Assembly: GCA_028023455.1 (NCBI GenBank)
Contig: JAQFVV010000008.1
Span: 6,820,001 to 6,884,000, forward strand
Direction: 5' to 3'
Source of the DNA: Epiperipatus broadwayi
Lineage: Eukaryota; Animalia; Onychophora
Length of the DNA stretch: 64,000 nt
Shown: in pieces, positions 12,218 through 26,000 of the stretch
Layout: every line of letters begins with the position of its first letter
Numbering within the stretch: position 1 is the stretch's first letter
Program-made: the position numbers and the translations under genes
Notes under the pieces: model-generated
What the model saw: the letters and a program-made list of their open reading frames with translations, nothing else
Told to the model about the DNA's origin: nothing
Database searches by the model: none

Positions 12218-15200
12218 AAGGTGATGTTCTAACCCGGTCAGCAATTTATGGCCCATGTGCCATGCTTGACATGTGGAATAATTATCAATAGCAATTAGCT
12301 GAATTGAAATAATAAAAAATATTTAAATTGAAGCTCACACATTTTGCATACGTGACTCTCATGTAAAAAATGGAGACTTATGATTCAGTGCCGGTCATGA
12401 TCCATTAAAACAAACCTCTTATAATTTATTGCACGTGTTCCCACTCTGGGTTCCACATACGTTTTGTCATCCAAATCATATATAAAGAAAAACCTATGTT
12501 TAATGCAGGTTATGATACGTTAAAATAAACCTATTATTATTAATATATTATCTCAAAATGATTAGTAAAAGACAAAGGCATGATGCTTGCTCTTTTCAAG
12601 ACTCTTGGATAAATGAATAAGGATTTGTACAGCAAAAGGATTGTGCTGTGTGCACATTATGCTGAGAAAGTGTTGTGTGTCATACCACAAGTGTACAAAG
12701 ATATTATCAAACTATAAACATCTGTTCATGTTTTAAAATGCTGAGGAGTAAAATGAAGCTATAAAAAAGGCTGTTTTTGCCATTAAGAAACAAACTAGTT
12801 ATTCTAGTCAAATAATTGAATCCACAAATAAGGCCATGAAATATAGTTATACAATTGCTCATTGTCTGGCTTCAAAAGCAAACTCTTCACAGACAGAAAT
12901 TCATCAAAGAAATGTTTTTGAGAAATCTTATTAAGCAATCAACCAAATGAACAAACAATAGTGTCTCAAATTCAAGAAATATTATCTTCTGTGAGATCAA
13001 TTCAAAATTAAATAACTGCCATGGCTGAATATGAAACAAACAGAAAACCGATTTACAAGCCATTGTATTCAGTGTTGCTATTGATGAGAGAACTGACATA
13101 AATGATGTGGCGTGCCTAGCGATGATTGCACAATATTGTGACAACAATCATATTTATGATGAATTGTATTTCTTGATTTCTCTTATTGGTACAACAGAGA
13201 CATGACATTTTCACTGCATTTTTTCAATTATTTTGAAAATCAGAAAAAAAATATTTAATATTACTACTGATGTTGGCCATACAATGGTCAGAAAGGAAAA
13301 GGGTTTTGTTAAACTTCTTGAAAATCATATTAGACATTGAATAAGTTTTAGTGGCAAAAATCTTGTCACAGTGCTTGAATTATGTAATGTCACAACTATT
13401 AAGATAAATATATTAAATTTATTAAGCGCTAGCAAATGATCTAATAATAACATGAAAGGCAAAAACCTTTGACAGAAGCGCCTTAAAAATGCTTATGTGA
13501 CAGCCAATCAGATGTAATAATGACCACATGGAACTCTCAATTCAAGAACACAAGCCAGAACTACGAGAAAAAGATGGGAACCGACCTTCTTCTCTACTTA
13601 AATTTATATATAAATAAGTCAGACTCATGCATTTCGAACTAAGAGCGTGAAGCTTAAAACACCTTCACAATTAATTCATTAAATATTACATATAAATAAC
13701 ACGAAATCTTTCAATTTACAACGAAACAATTTTCAAATCTAATGAAATGATAGTAACAAATGTAAATATATTAAATTTATTAAGCACTGGCAAATGATCT
13801 AATAATAATGTGAAAAGCTAAAATCTTCGATAGAAGCGCCTTAAAAATGCTTATGTGATAGTTCCATGTTCAGTCATTATTACATCTAATTGGCTGTCAC
13901 ATAAGCATTTTTAAGACACCTCTGTCGAAGGTTTTAACCTTTCACGTTATTATTAGATCATTTGCTAGTGCTTAATAAATTTAATATATTTATATTTGTT
14001 ACCATCATTTCATTAGATTTGAAAATTGCTTTGTTGTAAATCGAAAGCTTTCACATTGTTTATTTATATATAATATTTAATGAATTAAATGTGATGTTTT
14101 AAGCTTCACGCTCTTAGTTCAGAATGCTTGAGTCTGATTTATTTATATATAAATTTAAGTAGAAAAGAAGGTGGGTTCCCAACTTTTTCTCGTAGTTCTG
14201 GCTTGTGTTCTTGAATTGAGAGTTCCACATGCAGTCATTATTACATCTGATTGGCTGTCATACAAGCATTTTTAAGGCGCTTCTGTCGAAGGTTTTAGCC
14301 TTTCATGTTATTATTAGATCATTTGCTAGTGCTTAATAAATTTAGTATATTTATATTTGATACTATCATTTCATTAGATTTGAAAATTGCTTCGTTGTAA
14401 ATTGAAAGATTTCACATTGTTTATTTATATATAATATTTAATGAATTAAATGTGGAGGTGTTTTAAGCTTCATGCTCTTAGTTTGGAATGCTTGAGTCTG
14501 ACTTATTTATATATAAATTTAAGTAGAGAAGAAGGTGGGTTCCCATCTTTTTCTCGTAGTTCTGCCTTGTGTTCTTGAATTGAAAGTTCCATGTGCAGTC
14601 ATTATTACATCTGATTGGCTGTCACATAAGCATTTTTAAGGCGCTTCTGTCGAAGGTTTTAGCCTTTCAAGTTATTAATTATTAAGATAGTTAATTTCAT
14701 AGTTTTTCATTTTTCACTGACACACAGGCAATTTAAGTCACTTTGCAAGAAATGAACAATGCATATATGGACTTCCAGCTATATAGCAATCTTCATTGGA
14801 TTAGTCAAGGTAATATCTTGAATAGGTTTGTATCATATCTGGAAGAAATCAAGATGTTTCTTGATGAAAAAGAACATTTCCCATAAATGAATGACTAAGA
14901 CTGGTTATGCAAATGGATGTTTCTGAATGACATAATTCAACATCTAAATAACTTAATCTTGCAATTGCACGGAAAAGGTAAAACAGTACTAGAACTTTTT
15001 AAATACTGGAAAGAATTTGCATCAAAATTAGATATATTTTGAAATGATATTACCACTAACCCATTACAAGTTCTTTTCAAATATAAAGATCCATGCAAAT
15101 CAATTTAACATTAACAAAGACAAACTTCAAAAATATGTTGAAGCTCTCAGAGAAGAATTTTTCAAACAATGTGAAGATTTCCAAACACATGCACCCATAT

Positions 15201-16016
15201 TTTCTTTCCTCATCAAACCTGACTTAATTGATCTAAAGACAATCCCATTTGACTTATCTCTTTTTGAGTGAATGAACATTGATAGTTTTGAAATGGAACT
15301 CATTAAATTAATATCAGAATTGTGGAAAACTAAATTTGTAGAAAACTCTTGAAGGAAATTGTCTGGAAAAGTCAGCTATCATTCTCAATTGGATATCTTT
15401 TCCTGAACAATTTAATTCTTTGAAGAAAATTGCAAGTGATCTGCTTTCAGCATTCGGCTCAACTTACCTGTGAACAAATTTTCTCATATAAGAAAAATAT
15501 TTTGAATTCACAAAGAAGTTGTCTAACACCTGAACATTCAGAAACCTGTGCGAAATTAAAAGTGACCAACTACACACCTGATATTGAGTAATTGAGCAAA
15601 GAGATACAAAGACAAGATTCATGTTAATTTATTAATAGCTCAGATTAATAATAAAGAATGACTAATCATATTAGAATTTCTTGATTTTTTCTTACTTAAA
15701 CTATGTACTGTATTTTATATTGGAAAAAACTCATAATTTATAATTTGTAATAGTATTTTTAATAAACGTGTTAAAAATTAAAATTTAACAAAACATATTT
15801 TTCACATATAGTCCTATGTATTTTAATATATTGAATGGACCAATAATATAAGAACCGGCTATAATGGGTTTCAAAAGTATTTATCATTTTGAAGCCCATT
15901 ATAACTGGACCAATTCTGATACTATATATAATAAGATTGGTAGAATCATGTCAGTATGCGGAATCACATTGTAACATAGGTTTGGCATGACCCTATTAAA
16001 AGCTTGCAGACGCCTG
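12218..16016 (+). mobile_element. Decayed hAT transposon (SPIN/GTF2IRD2-like transposase pseudogene), split by the foldback insert
   Basis: Broken + frames from ~12558: CAVCTLC*ESVVCHTTSVQRYYQT (BED-like), SLTHRQFKS, and a C-terminus SLKKIASDLLSAFGSTYLCEQIFS...SQRSCLTPEHSETCAKLKVTNYTPDI. The right end reads CAGGCGTCTGCAA on minus; the left end is degenerate. Confidence 0.85.
13407..14679. repeat. Foldback array of a ~365-bp tandem unit: ~1.25 units forward, then ~2.2 units inverted
   Basis: The unit marker GAAGCGCCTTAAAAATGCTTATGTGA occurs forward twice and reverse-complemented three times, with the orientation switch at ~13860. TATTAAGATA flanks both ends (13397-13406, 14680-14689) and the hAT frame TTIKI|VNFI rejoins across the insert. 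Confidence 0.9.
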
Positions 16017-16739
16017 CTCTAATCAATTAAGTTATTCTGACAAAAATAACTGTTAGTTGCTATATACTTATCTATAAAGGCTCTTGATTTCTCCTTTTTT
16101 TTTTTAAAGTAAAGGTTAATAAGTAATTTCTAGATATTATGAATTATCACACTAGGATGGCTTATAAAGAGTTATTTGCCATTGTTATGTAAGCAATTAC
16201 TTATTTATTTTCTGGTTACCTAATAATCTCGTGTTTACTATCGAACATGTTTATTACTAGAGACATATATCTGCCTTTTTTTTTTTTGTAATCTTAGTGT
16301 TTTGTTTTTAGTTAGTTAATTTCATCAATATATTTCTACAGTTAGGTTCTTATTTTTTAGCATAGCCATATCTTCCAAAAATCATAACATACTGCAAGGA
16401 ATCCTAATTTCTAGAAAACCTAAACTTGAAATGCTGAAAAATAAAAACCGCACTTATGAAAGAACAAGTAAATGTGAAATTAGTTACCTCATTTTTAAAA
16501 AAATAAAGGAACACAAAACAATGATTAGAAAAAAGAGATGTATCTAAAACAGTACACCATGCCTATATCAATCAACATGTTTGATAGGGAAATTAGAAAA
16601 AAGTAAAAAAAAAAGAAAATTTAAAGCAGCTTCTCATATGACAATGACAAATGAGCTCATACATAATCTAATGTGATAATCCATAATGTTTGGAAACCAC
16701 TCGTCAATCTTATCCTTAAAAGAAGTGGAAAAATCAAGG

Positions 16740-16920
16740 GAACTCTAGTAGATAATTATATAAAATTTTTAAACCATCAAACATCATGATCACCATTCTT
16801 TATGCTTACACAAGCTGTTTTTTGAATGAGTAGGCACTAAATAGGGATTTTAAAATCTTCCTGCATCCATTGATTAATCTGGCTTGCACTGAGTGGTGCT
16901 ACTACATGGAAAGTTTTGCC
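16740..16920. repeat. Fragment of the Penelope-associated ~200-bp family, inverted relative to the copy at ~41040
   Basis: GCATCCATTGATTAATCTGGCTTGCACTGAGTGG matches, as reverse complement, 41050-41086 and the arms at 50906-51145. Confidence 0.7.
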
Positions 16921-17479
16921 TCTATAAAATTTTTATTGATTGCTGCTTTTGGGAAAAAAATCTAACTGGTTAGAGAGCCATTGGGTCCCCTCTAAATTGG
17001 ATAGTAATATCTGAAGAAGGGAAATAATAATACAGAAAAAGCAACTTCCAAATAAAAGTGATTAAAAAGCATAAAGAAATGATTAAAGGACAAAAAAAAT
17101 GATGTCTAAAGTATCAGATCATGCATGTACTAATAAACATTAATTGCATTCATTACTCTTTTCAAATTGTATTTTATATTATTATTAGCAGCTGAAAGTA
17201 TTTGAAAAAGTATAATGTTTGATGTTCAACATATATTATAAATGTAATTATCATTATCAGTAGTTATCTGCCAAAAGATCTCACTATATATCAAACTAAA
17301 TCATTTTCACCACTAAATACGGACTTAATGCTGAAAGAGTGTGATACTTCCCACAAGTTCTGCAGCATATTACAAACATTGTGTGTGTGTGTGTGTGTGT
17401 TTAAGAGCAGTGGAACACATGCATCTTACCAAACTAGATTTAATTTAAATCTTTACCTTCTATAGTTATATAATTTCTC

Positions 17480-18420
17480 ATATGACAATGACAAATGAGC
17501 TCGTACATAGTTTCTAAATTCTTGGGGTAAAAAATCAAAATTTCCAAAATTCATTTAATCCAGATTCATATATATGAAAGGGCATGTTAACCATTATATC
17601 ATGAGGCTCTGTCTTTTGCTCCTTTCCAACTAATCTTTGATAATTTCCTTGCTTTGCAAAAAATAGTCCAAGCAAATGTTCTTCCTTCTATTTCCTCAAC
17701 CAATAAACTTTTCCCTTAGTCAGTTCAACTTATATAATGCTATTCTTACTTTCTAATGTCTTTTATTCTCTTAATTATAAGACTTCCATCTTTTTGCCTC
17801 TATTTTCCTACGTTGGCACTGTTCTATATAAAGTTATGTTCCAGACAAACCATTTAATATTAATATTTTCTTTCATTTCAATAACCACAAAATAATTTTC
17901 TATCTTATTAAAAGCCTGTTTGGTCATTGTAATTATCATTAATTTCTTTATCATCATTTGCATAAACAGTTAATCAACTTCTAGATATTTAAAACAACAT
18001 ATGTAAAAGGTAAAGCAATCTTTACATAGTCCATCCAAGGCAAAGGCTTCTCTAACACTACTCTCCATAGAATCATTTTATTGTTATAAGTGCCAGCTAC
18101 ATGGGAAAAAATCCTATGTCTGCTTGAAGCTTACAAAAATATACAAGATTGTAATTGACCCAAATTTAAATTCTAGAATGCAAATTATGATAGGTAAATC
18201 CATTATATATATATATTATTTTAGTTTTGAACAAGTAAGATGCACACATTTCAAAATAAAATTTGAATATATATATGTATAGTACAATCAACCGATTAAA
18301 AGATGACTGATATAAAAAATATTTCTCTTTTTTATCAATATGGTTCATAAGAATATCATGCCCAAGTGCTTTAATTATTCTTTAGGTATTTTTCATGTTT
18401 TCTTATAAAATGAAATAATA
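17480..18420 (-). mobile_element. Decayed RTE-like LINE fragment
   Basis: Broken minus-strand frames resemble RT motifs (KLQADIGF ~ QAGFR; SVREAFAL ~ GVRQGCAL; a KVRIA-like segment). Many stops; boundaries approximate. Confidence 0.45.
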
Positions 18421-18524
18421 ATAAAAAGTGGCATAAATATAAAATTGGAAAAAAAGATTTCAAAAATAAACTTTTTTATTATTATTGACTATTATGTAAT
18501 GACAAACAGTATATTAAGAGCGTC

Positions 18525-18700
18525 ATATAGTGATTAGTGCAATAGCATGCCAAGACCATGATTAGGGATTTGAGGCTAGGCTAGATACACTTTGAAAACT
18601 TTTTCAGATCATAAGTAGGCATAGGATTGTTTTTCAGATAAACAGTTCATTACTGGCCAGTATCTGCCACTTGACTTTTCTCTCGCATTGTTTAATTCAG
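18525..18700 (+). mobile_element. Old SINE (tRNA-like head plus body)
   Basis: Degenerate A box ATATAGTGATTAG and B box GGATTTGAGGCT, followed by a more GC-rich body. Confidence 0.35.
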
Positions 18701-18759
18701 CATTGTTCCATTATATGTCATAAAACCAAGTCTTATTGTAAATATACATACATCTATAC

Positions 18760-20900
18760 CATCATTTCCAATCAATATAATAAACCCATTGTAAAATAAT
18801 AATTCCATATTTAACTCTTTTTCTTCAATCCATCATTTCAAAAAACTTCTTTATCTTGCACATCCCTTTCAAATCTTACAATCTCTTATTCACCTTTAAT
18901 CTTCTCTTCTAGCATCATACTCAGCCCAACTTCATTTCAGTCTCTTAATTCTTTCAATAATATTTAATTATTCCCTCAACTATAAATTTGGCTTTCAATC
19001 CCTCTTTATTAATTCCAATATACATCTCTCCATAATCTATTATATGCTTTATATTCTTTATATTGCTCTATTAGATATTCAAATTTCTGGCCTATAAGTA
19101 AGCATTGATAAAATACATTTATTAAAAATATCATTTTTCAAACATATCAGTATATTTCTTTTTAAAGCATACAGGTATATTTCCTTTTAATATTATTTTC
19201 TATCCAATGATCTACATCCATGTTTTTAATTCTATAAATAATTTCATAAATCATATTTCCAACTGAATTACTAAAATGACCAAGATCTTTACAACTGATA
19301 ACTTATCGTGATCAATCTTTACTTTCTACTTTTTGAAGTGCCATTGATAATTATTTTAGTTTTTTTGCTTTTTATATTTAACTCTACTTTCTTGTTTTCA
19401 TCTGATAGTTTTCTTAAGCAATTTAATGCAGTGATAAAGAGGCAAACTCAAGATTCCTACATTGATGTTCAACCTGTTACTTCTAGTACTTAAATATCAC
19501 CATTCAATTATTTTTTTATTTCGTATCTTTTGCAAAATTTGTAAAATCTGTTATAAAATATTTTGAAGAGAATTACTTCAGACATTATAAACTTGAGAGA
19601 GGTTATTAGCTTTTTAGTATAAAGGAGATAAAGATGGTTGTTGAACATGTAAGATGGAGTACTTCAAAACTTCTCAAAAACAAAGACCACAAATTAGAAA
19701 ACTAAGAATATGTAGATTACATCATTACTATCTTGTGTCTAATGATTACTCAAGCAAACAATGTGTATATCTGATGTAGATCAAATAGTATGAATTATTG
19801 CTCCTAATAACAATGATAATCTTTTTAGTGCCAATATATAGTCTTACATTTTGATAAATATTCTTTAGAATTTGATAATATTCTGAATCTGTCTTATGAT
19901 GTTTCAAAGATTTAATCACAGCTACAATATTTTTCAAAATCTACTTATTCAATGAAAAATAGCAATTCATACACATTGTCTTTGTAATCTAACATGCAAT
20001 AACTTTTTAAAATCAGCTATATTTTTTAGTTGACTTTAGTCCAAACTTCTTTGTATATGAATCATAATGATCTTATTGAAAAATTTACAGAAAACTTTTA
20101 ATTTATAGGTTTGTAATTTCTAATATCTTTTTTTTTTCACCTTTCTTATTATCAATATCATTATTATAATCTTCCAATTACCTGATACATCCTTATCATT
20201 TAGACATTCAGTATATAACTTTAGCAACAATTTCTCTAATTTTTCACCTATTTCTTTTAAATAACTATAATGATTATATCATTTCCTAAAGCTTTTTTAT
20301 ACTTCCTAGATTTAATTTCCTGTCTCATCTATTTTTAAAATGTGGCTTTTTCAGAAGGTGTTATAAATTTAATAGCTATTTTATTTATTTTTTATTCATT
20401 TTTGCTATTCAGTGTGCAATTCTTTGTAGAATTCTTCCATATTTATGTCATCCTAGTTTTGTTTCGGTTTTTAGTAATTGCACTATATTCATCTTCTATT
20501 ACTAAAACTATTTCCCTTCCAATAGGATAATATTGCATTATACTTTTAAGATTTTTGTTTTCATTTCAAGTTTACACTTCCTTATATCATCATTAAATCT
20601 TTTCTATATTATTTTGTATAATTCCATGTCATTTTCATATATTTTTATATTCATTAAATTTCTTAAATATATTTTCTGGTAAACTGCAGCTTTTTTTATC
20701 CTTGTGATTATCTGTTCTTTTGAGAATATGTCTTCTTTTTATTGATGTAACTCTGGGCCATCTTCAAAATCTACTAAAACTTTAATTCATTGAATTATTT
20801 ATGAAAATTAAGAATATCAATAGTTGATACTATCTTTCTTAAATTTACATCTTACATCACACTAATTATTTCCTGTGTTTAACCCATTAAATGCAATATA
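18760..20900 (-). mobile_element. Decayed CR1/L2-like LINE fragments
   Basis: Strong purine skew on minus. VKDLGHF near 19280 resembles the CR1/L2 VKDLG motif. No intact ORF. Confidence 0.45.
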
Positions 20901-21162
20901 ATGAAATACATATTGTTTTTCAAAATATATCCATACTTCCAAGTTCATTTCTTCTTTGGATTTTTCTCGGAAAAAAAAAATTATAATATAAGATTTTTTT
21001 TTTTTCATCTAAAATTCCACATATTTATACTGTCTTTTATTTCTGTTTCAACATCAAATTTATCACCAAATTTTTCATATTTTGGATGCTTTCCAATGCT
21101 GCTATTAAAAACTTTTATGAAAATTTTAAAATGTCATTTGTATTCAAAAAATTATATATGAT

Positions 21163-21621
21163 TATGTAATATATAAAGAGCCTGCTACTAGCTCTAAACA
21201 AGCTTAATTATTTTATTTTTTATGATAAATGCTACAAGAGAAAATACATGAAGCTTTTATCTATGATGGTCCCCATCCCCAGACCAGTTTCGAGCTTATG
21301 GCTCTCATCAGTGAGGAGCTAGGACATAAGATTCAAAATATTAACTCAAGCCAAGCATTTATCTAATTCTTAAATATTAAGAAAAAGATCCAAATCTTCA
21401 GACACCTACATGTCTTCAAATTCAGCTCTTTAACCAAAGAAACTATATGAGCCTGAACTAAATTCAGAGGTCCCATATATTAGTAGGCTTAGCAATTTAA
21501 TATAGCCAAAGCCCTAATAGCAAAATTATAATAGTAAAAATCAGTCATATATCATTTATCATAAAAAATAAAATAATTAAGCTTGTTTAGAGCTAGTAGC
21601 AGGCTCTTTATATATTACATA
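21163..21621. repeat. Penelope-associated insertion bracketed by a ~69-bp perfect inverted repeat
   Basis: Arms 21163-21231 and 21553-21621 (ATGTAATATATAAAGAGCCTGCTACTAGCTCTAAACAAGC... and its reverse complement). A second short inversion links 21528-21551 with ~21652-21675. Confidence 0.85.
21276..21317 (-). ncRNA. Minimal type I hammerhead ribozyme motif with intact core
   Basis: UCCUCA-CUGAUGA-GAGC-CAUAA-GCUC-GAAA-C-UG-GUC-UGGGGA. It has a 6-bp stem I, a full CUGANGA/GAAA core, a 4-bp stem II, a minimal stem III and a GUC triplet. Confidence 0.85.
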
Positions 21622-23050
21622 TTGGTAATACAAGCTATATAGGTCATGTGATATATGACTGATTTTTACTATTATATATGATTATATAATATATCTATTT
21701 GTCATGATGAGAACTTATTGGTATAAACTTAATTGTCTGCACTATTACTTTCTTAAGTTTAATAATATTCTACTACATCTGATATATGCAACCATCTCCA
21801 ACTATATTATTCTTTCACTTTTTATTTATAAGGAATCCTATTCTAATATTGTGCCTTTATAGTACATTATATAATTAGAAAGAGTATTTAACTCTATAGC
21901 ACAACATACCAGAGATACTAAACTTGCAAAGTAATTACTGTAATATATGTTACACCACTACAATTGAATTATTACAATTACTTGTACTATATATAAAAAA
22001 AATTGTGATAAGGTACTTAAATATGTTAGTACTTGATTTTTCTGTCAATATTAATTTAAATTTCCATCTATTGGGCTTCTAGTAAGAAACAAATCTGATT
22101 ACAGTGAATTTTTGTTTTTGGTACAGATGTTAATAATAAACAGGAAAAAAAAAGATGATGTAATGTACTGTTTGGTAATGAATTATCTCATCACCTTTAT
22201 TTTCTCACATATAAACTCCAATAATAACTCATTTAATATTAGTTCCTTCATCTTCTGAATCATACAATTTTTCTTATATTTGAAAGTGATTAAAAATCAT
22301 TTTTATATAATAATCTGAAATAGTATTTGGTGATTCTTAGGATCTTCTCTCATTGGTTGCTAACTTTATCGTGGATGCTGACTTTATAAGCCTTTGGGAT
22401 ATAAAGGCCATTACTTATTTTTGTCTAATATCAGTATTAATATATATATATAAGCAATTGCATAACACAAATATGTAATACTGCTTTAAAAAAAAAAAAA
22501 AAAAAACAATATCCAGTTAAGAATAATCAAGCATCTAAGGAGAGAGACCAATAGTTTTTCAGATTTAAATTCAGAGGTAAAATCCAGTAAACTCACCATC
22601 TATAAATGTGTATAATATTATAATAAGTTATAATAATAAAAACGTTTAGAGTAAACATTAGAAATTTGATCTGCTTGGTTCTTTAAACCCATAAATAAAA
22701 ATTAATTCACTATTTTGATTAATGTAAATTGGTGAGCAGTTTATTCAAATCTCTTTATATAAACCAAGTACACAGCAATTAAAAATGTGACTTGATTCTT
22801 TTAAAGACTCACAAAGAAATCAAAGGATCTCCTTTCAATTACTAGCAAACTTTTTTCTTTTTGCTGGCAAATATATAGTATATAAAAAAATTTCAAGTTG
22901 TGTAATCTAATAATTCTAATTAATTTTGCATTAACTTAATATGACTTATTCATGGTTAATTGAATTGTTTTTTATCATCTCTCATAATTATCTTATTATT
23001 TTCAATCACTTATTGGCAAAAAGTATTTTGAAAACAAAATTAAACTATTT

Positions 23051-26000
23051 TGTAGGTGGGCTGTCTGTGCATCTGTAAAGTGTACATAAAGTTTATTAAA
23101 TTTTTATAATTAAATACAGAATACACATGTATAATTGTCATCATTCATTAGTATTTTCCTTCTAGAAAAATTTACATACAACATGAATATGTTATTAAAA
23201 GATAATATATGCAAGTAAGCTTAAATTATGCAGAAAGGACTAATATAAAACCCTGCAATGGTCTACTCAGTGATGCAATGAATATATGTGTAGTCTTCAG
23301 CAGAATGTTAGCTGAATAATTAAGTGGTTATTATGATTATATATACAAGATATATAAATATCTATGTGTATAAGAAACCCGTAGTTAATGGTAACACACA
23401 ATTGTAAGGACTATATTAAATTATTGTGCATGTGAATAAGTAAATTCATACAACTACAGATTAAAATGGACATTAAGCAGTGAATAAACTTGTGTTAAGT
23501 TTAATTTGTCTTAGTTTATTTTAATAAAGTTATTGATGATATATGGCTGGTATTAAAAGAATACCCTCAGGATACAGCACAATGGCTCAGATACAACTTT
23601 AGCAGAACAACTTGTGCAAGAATGCAGAACCCAATATTTTGATAATTGATAAATCTGCGTAAACTTTTAAAATATTATTAAATAACAGTATCCATGAATT
23701 TGATGTGAATAATACTTTGGCTTTGAAAATATATATTGAACATGTTGAGTGATACATACTTATTAATAGAATCGAAAATGATAAAGTTAAAGTAGCTACG
23801 TTTTTGTCGTTCTCCTAGAAAGATGCATTGTAGGTGACAAAACAACTATGCGACCTCGAAATCCCCGAAGACTTTCCATATACGGAGTTAAAAGACAAGT
23901 TGAATGCCTATTTTCAACTGGCAACAACAAAATAGGTGGTATGCCTAAGATTTAGGAGTTGAAAAGTCATCTTGAGAGCATTATTAAGATCATATTGCAC
24001 TAAGAACATCCATGAAAGAATGTAATCCCAAGTTGGATGACATATAATTATTGTATGGAATGATGGATCACAACTTCAGGAAAATGTTATTAAGTGAACC
24101 AAATTTTAATACAAATATGCAATGGAAAAATGTTCAGCACAAGAAGACCCCAATAGTTGTTAATAAAACAGAAGCCAGCTGTAGGAGCTCAAATGATGTT
24201 TAATAGGTTACTACTGTAGAAAAAAAAGGCCATGTGAAAAACTACTACAAGAAAAAAACATAATATTTGTAATTTAATAAAGCATTTAGCTCACATTTGT
24301 TGAAATAAAACCAGAAGTACAAAAACTAAATCAAGTTCAAACTTTAAATCGTGGATAGGAAGTGTAAGGGAAAAAAAATGATATTAAGAAGATTAATGAT
24401 ACAGAGAATGGTCATATTCTATTGGATGTTATTATATGCAAATAAAAAACTACTACAGGAGTGGACAACCACAGAAAGACTAATCTAAAATTAATGATAA
24501 AAATAAAATAAAATTGCCTTTCAAGAAAACAGATGAGAAATTCACAGATATTAATGGGAATTCAAGAGACTTATGTGGCAAAATAACTGTATTTGTTAAA
24601 ATCAATACTAAAATAAAATTTTTAGCATTGTATATAATGAAGAGACATTTAAGTCTATTTTGGGTAGAAACTGGTTTAGAACACCAGGAATTCATGTCAA
24701 CATCAAGAGAGTACAATTGGAAGCAGAAATTCCCATGTTTGTTCAAATCAAAATCAACTGAATTAAAAACATGGATAGTTGAACTTCTGAGAAAAACCAA
24801 AGATTGAACAGAATGTTAATAATATGGTTAACAAAGACATTTTGATCCCAGTCGCAGACTCATCATGAACTACAGCTGTTGCTGTGACTATGAAGCCACA
24901 TGAGACCATTTGTCTATGTGGAGACTACTGCATTACACTTAACAGATACATCAACAAAAGAGTTTATCCTGTTCCAAGTATGTATAAAGTATTAGCATCA
25001 CTACAGAAGGTGTATGCAAAGATCAATTTAAAGTCTGCCTTCCAACAAATACCTATTTATGGATACAACTGATGAATTGTTAACTATAAGTACCAACCAG
25101 GAACTGTTTAAATGTAATAAGTTATCTTATGGGATTACTGCTGCAACTAATATATTTCAAGCTAAGATGGATAGCTAAATCCAAAGCATAGAAAGAGTTG
25201 CTCTTTACTTAAATGACATATCGATTACTACCCACACAGAGCACGAGTTGGAAATATATTTTCTAGAAGTTTATTCAAAATTTAACAAAATTGGAACAAA
25301 TATTAATACTTCAAAATGTATTTGTACTACTTCTGAGATTAAATTTCTGGAACACAACCAAAAGGAAAAATACTCCAACCCAGAAAAAGTTAAAAGTAAT
25401 AAAAAATGTCAGCAAACCTAGGAACATCAAAAATTTACAGGTATTCTTAAGTTTACTAAACTTTTTTGAGAGTTTTCTCAGATGAAAATCGCATGTTACA
25501 ACACCTTTGTATGTGAATAACAAATGTTTAGTTTTTTGGCTGTTAAAGGAATACGCCAGATTTTGATACTGCTGTACCATCCTGAATCTAATCATCTAGC
25601 CAAAAAGTTAGTTCGACCATACCAGGATATAAATGATGGGCTAATAGACGCAATGTTTTTTCAACATTTTACATCCTTGTACATCAACAAAGAAGATACC
25701 GGCAGATTTATTAATGCATCGAAAATTCACATGCACCTGTCCAAGTTATTAGTAGCTAATAATAAAATTCGTGAAAACAATTTAGATCCTGGAAATTTCG
25801 AAGTCACTAAGCAAGTTTGAATTAGAGACATTTAAAGAAAAAAATGGCTTGTATTAGCTAAATAAATAAAGAGTAATCCAGGTGGAAAATGGAAAACACT
25901 TAAGGATTCACATCAACCATTTATAATCTCTTCAAAATGAGATGTCTAAGGCAAATTAATCAGTAAAAGAGATAATTTTTATAAAGAAGAGGAATGTGCT

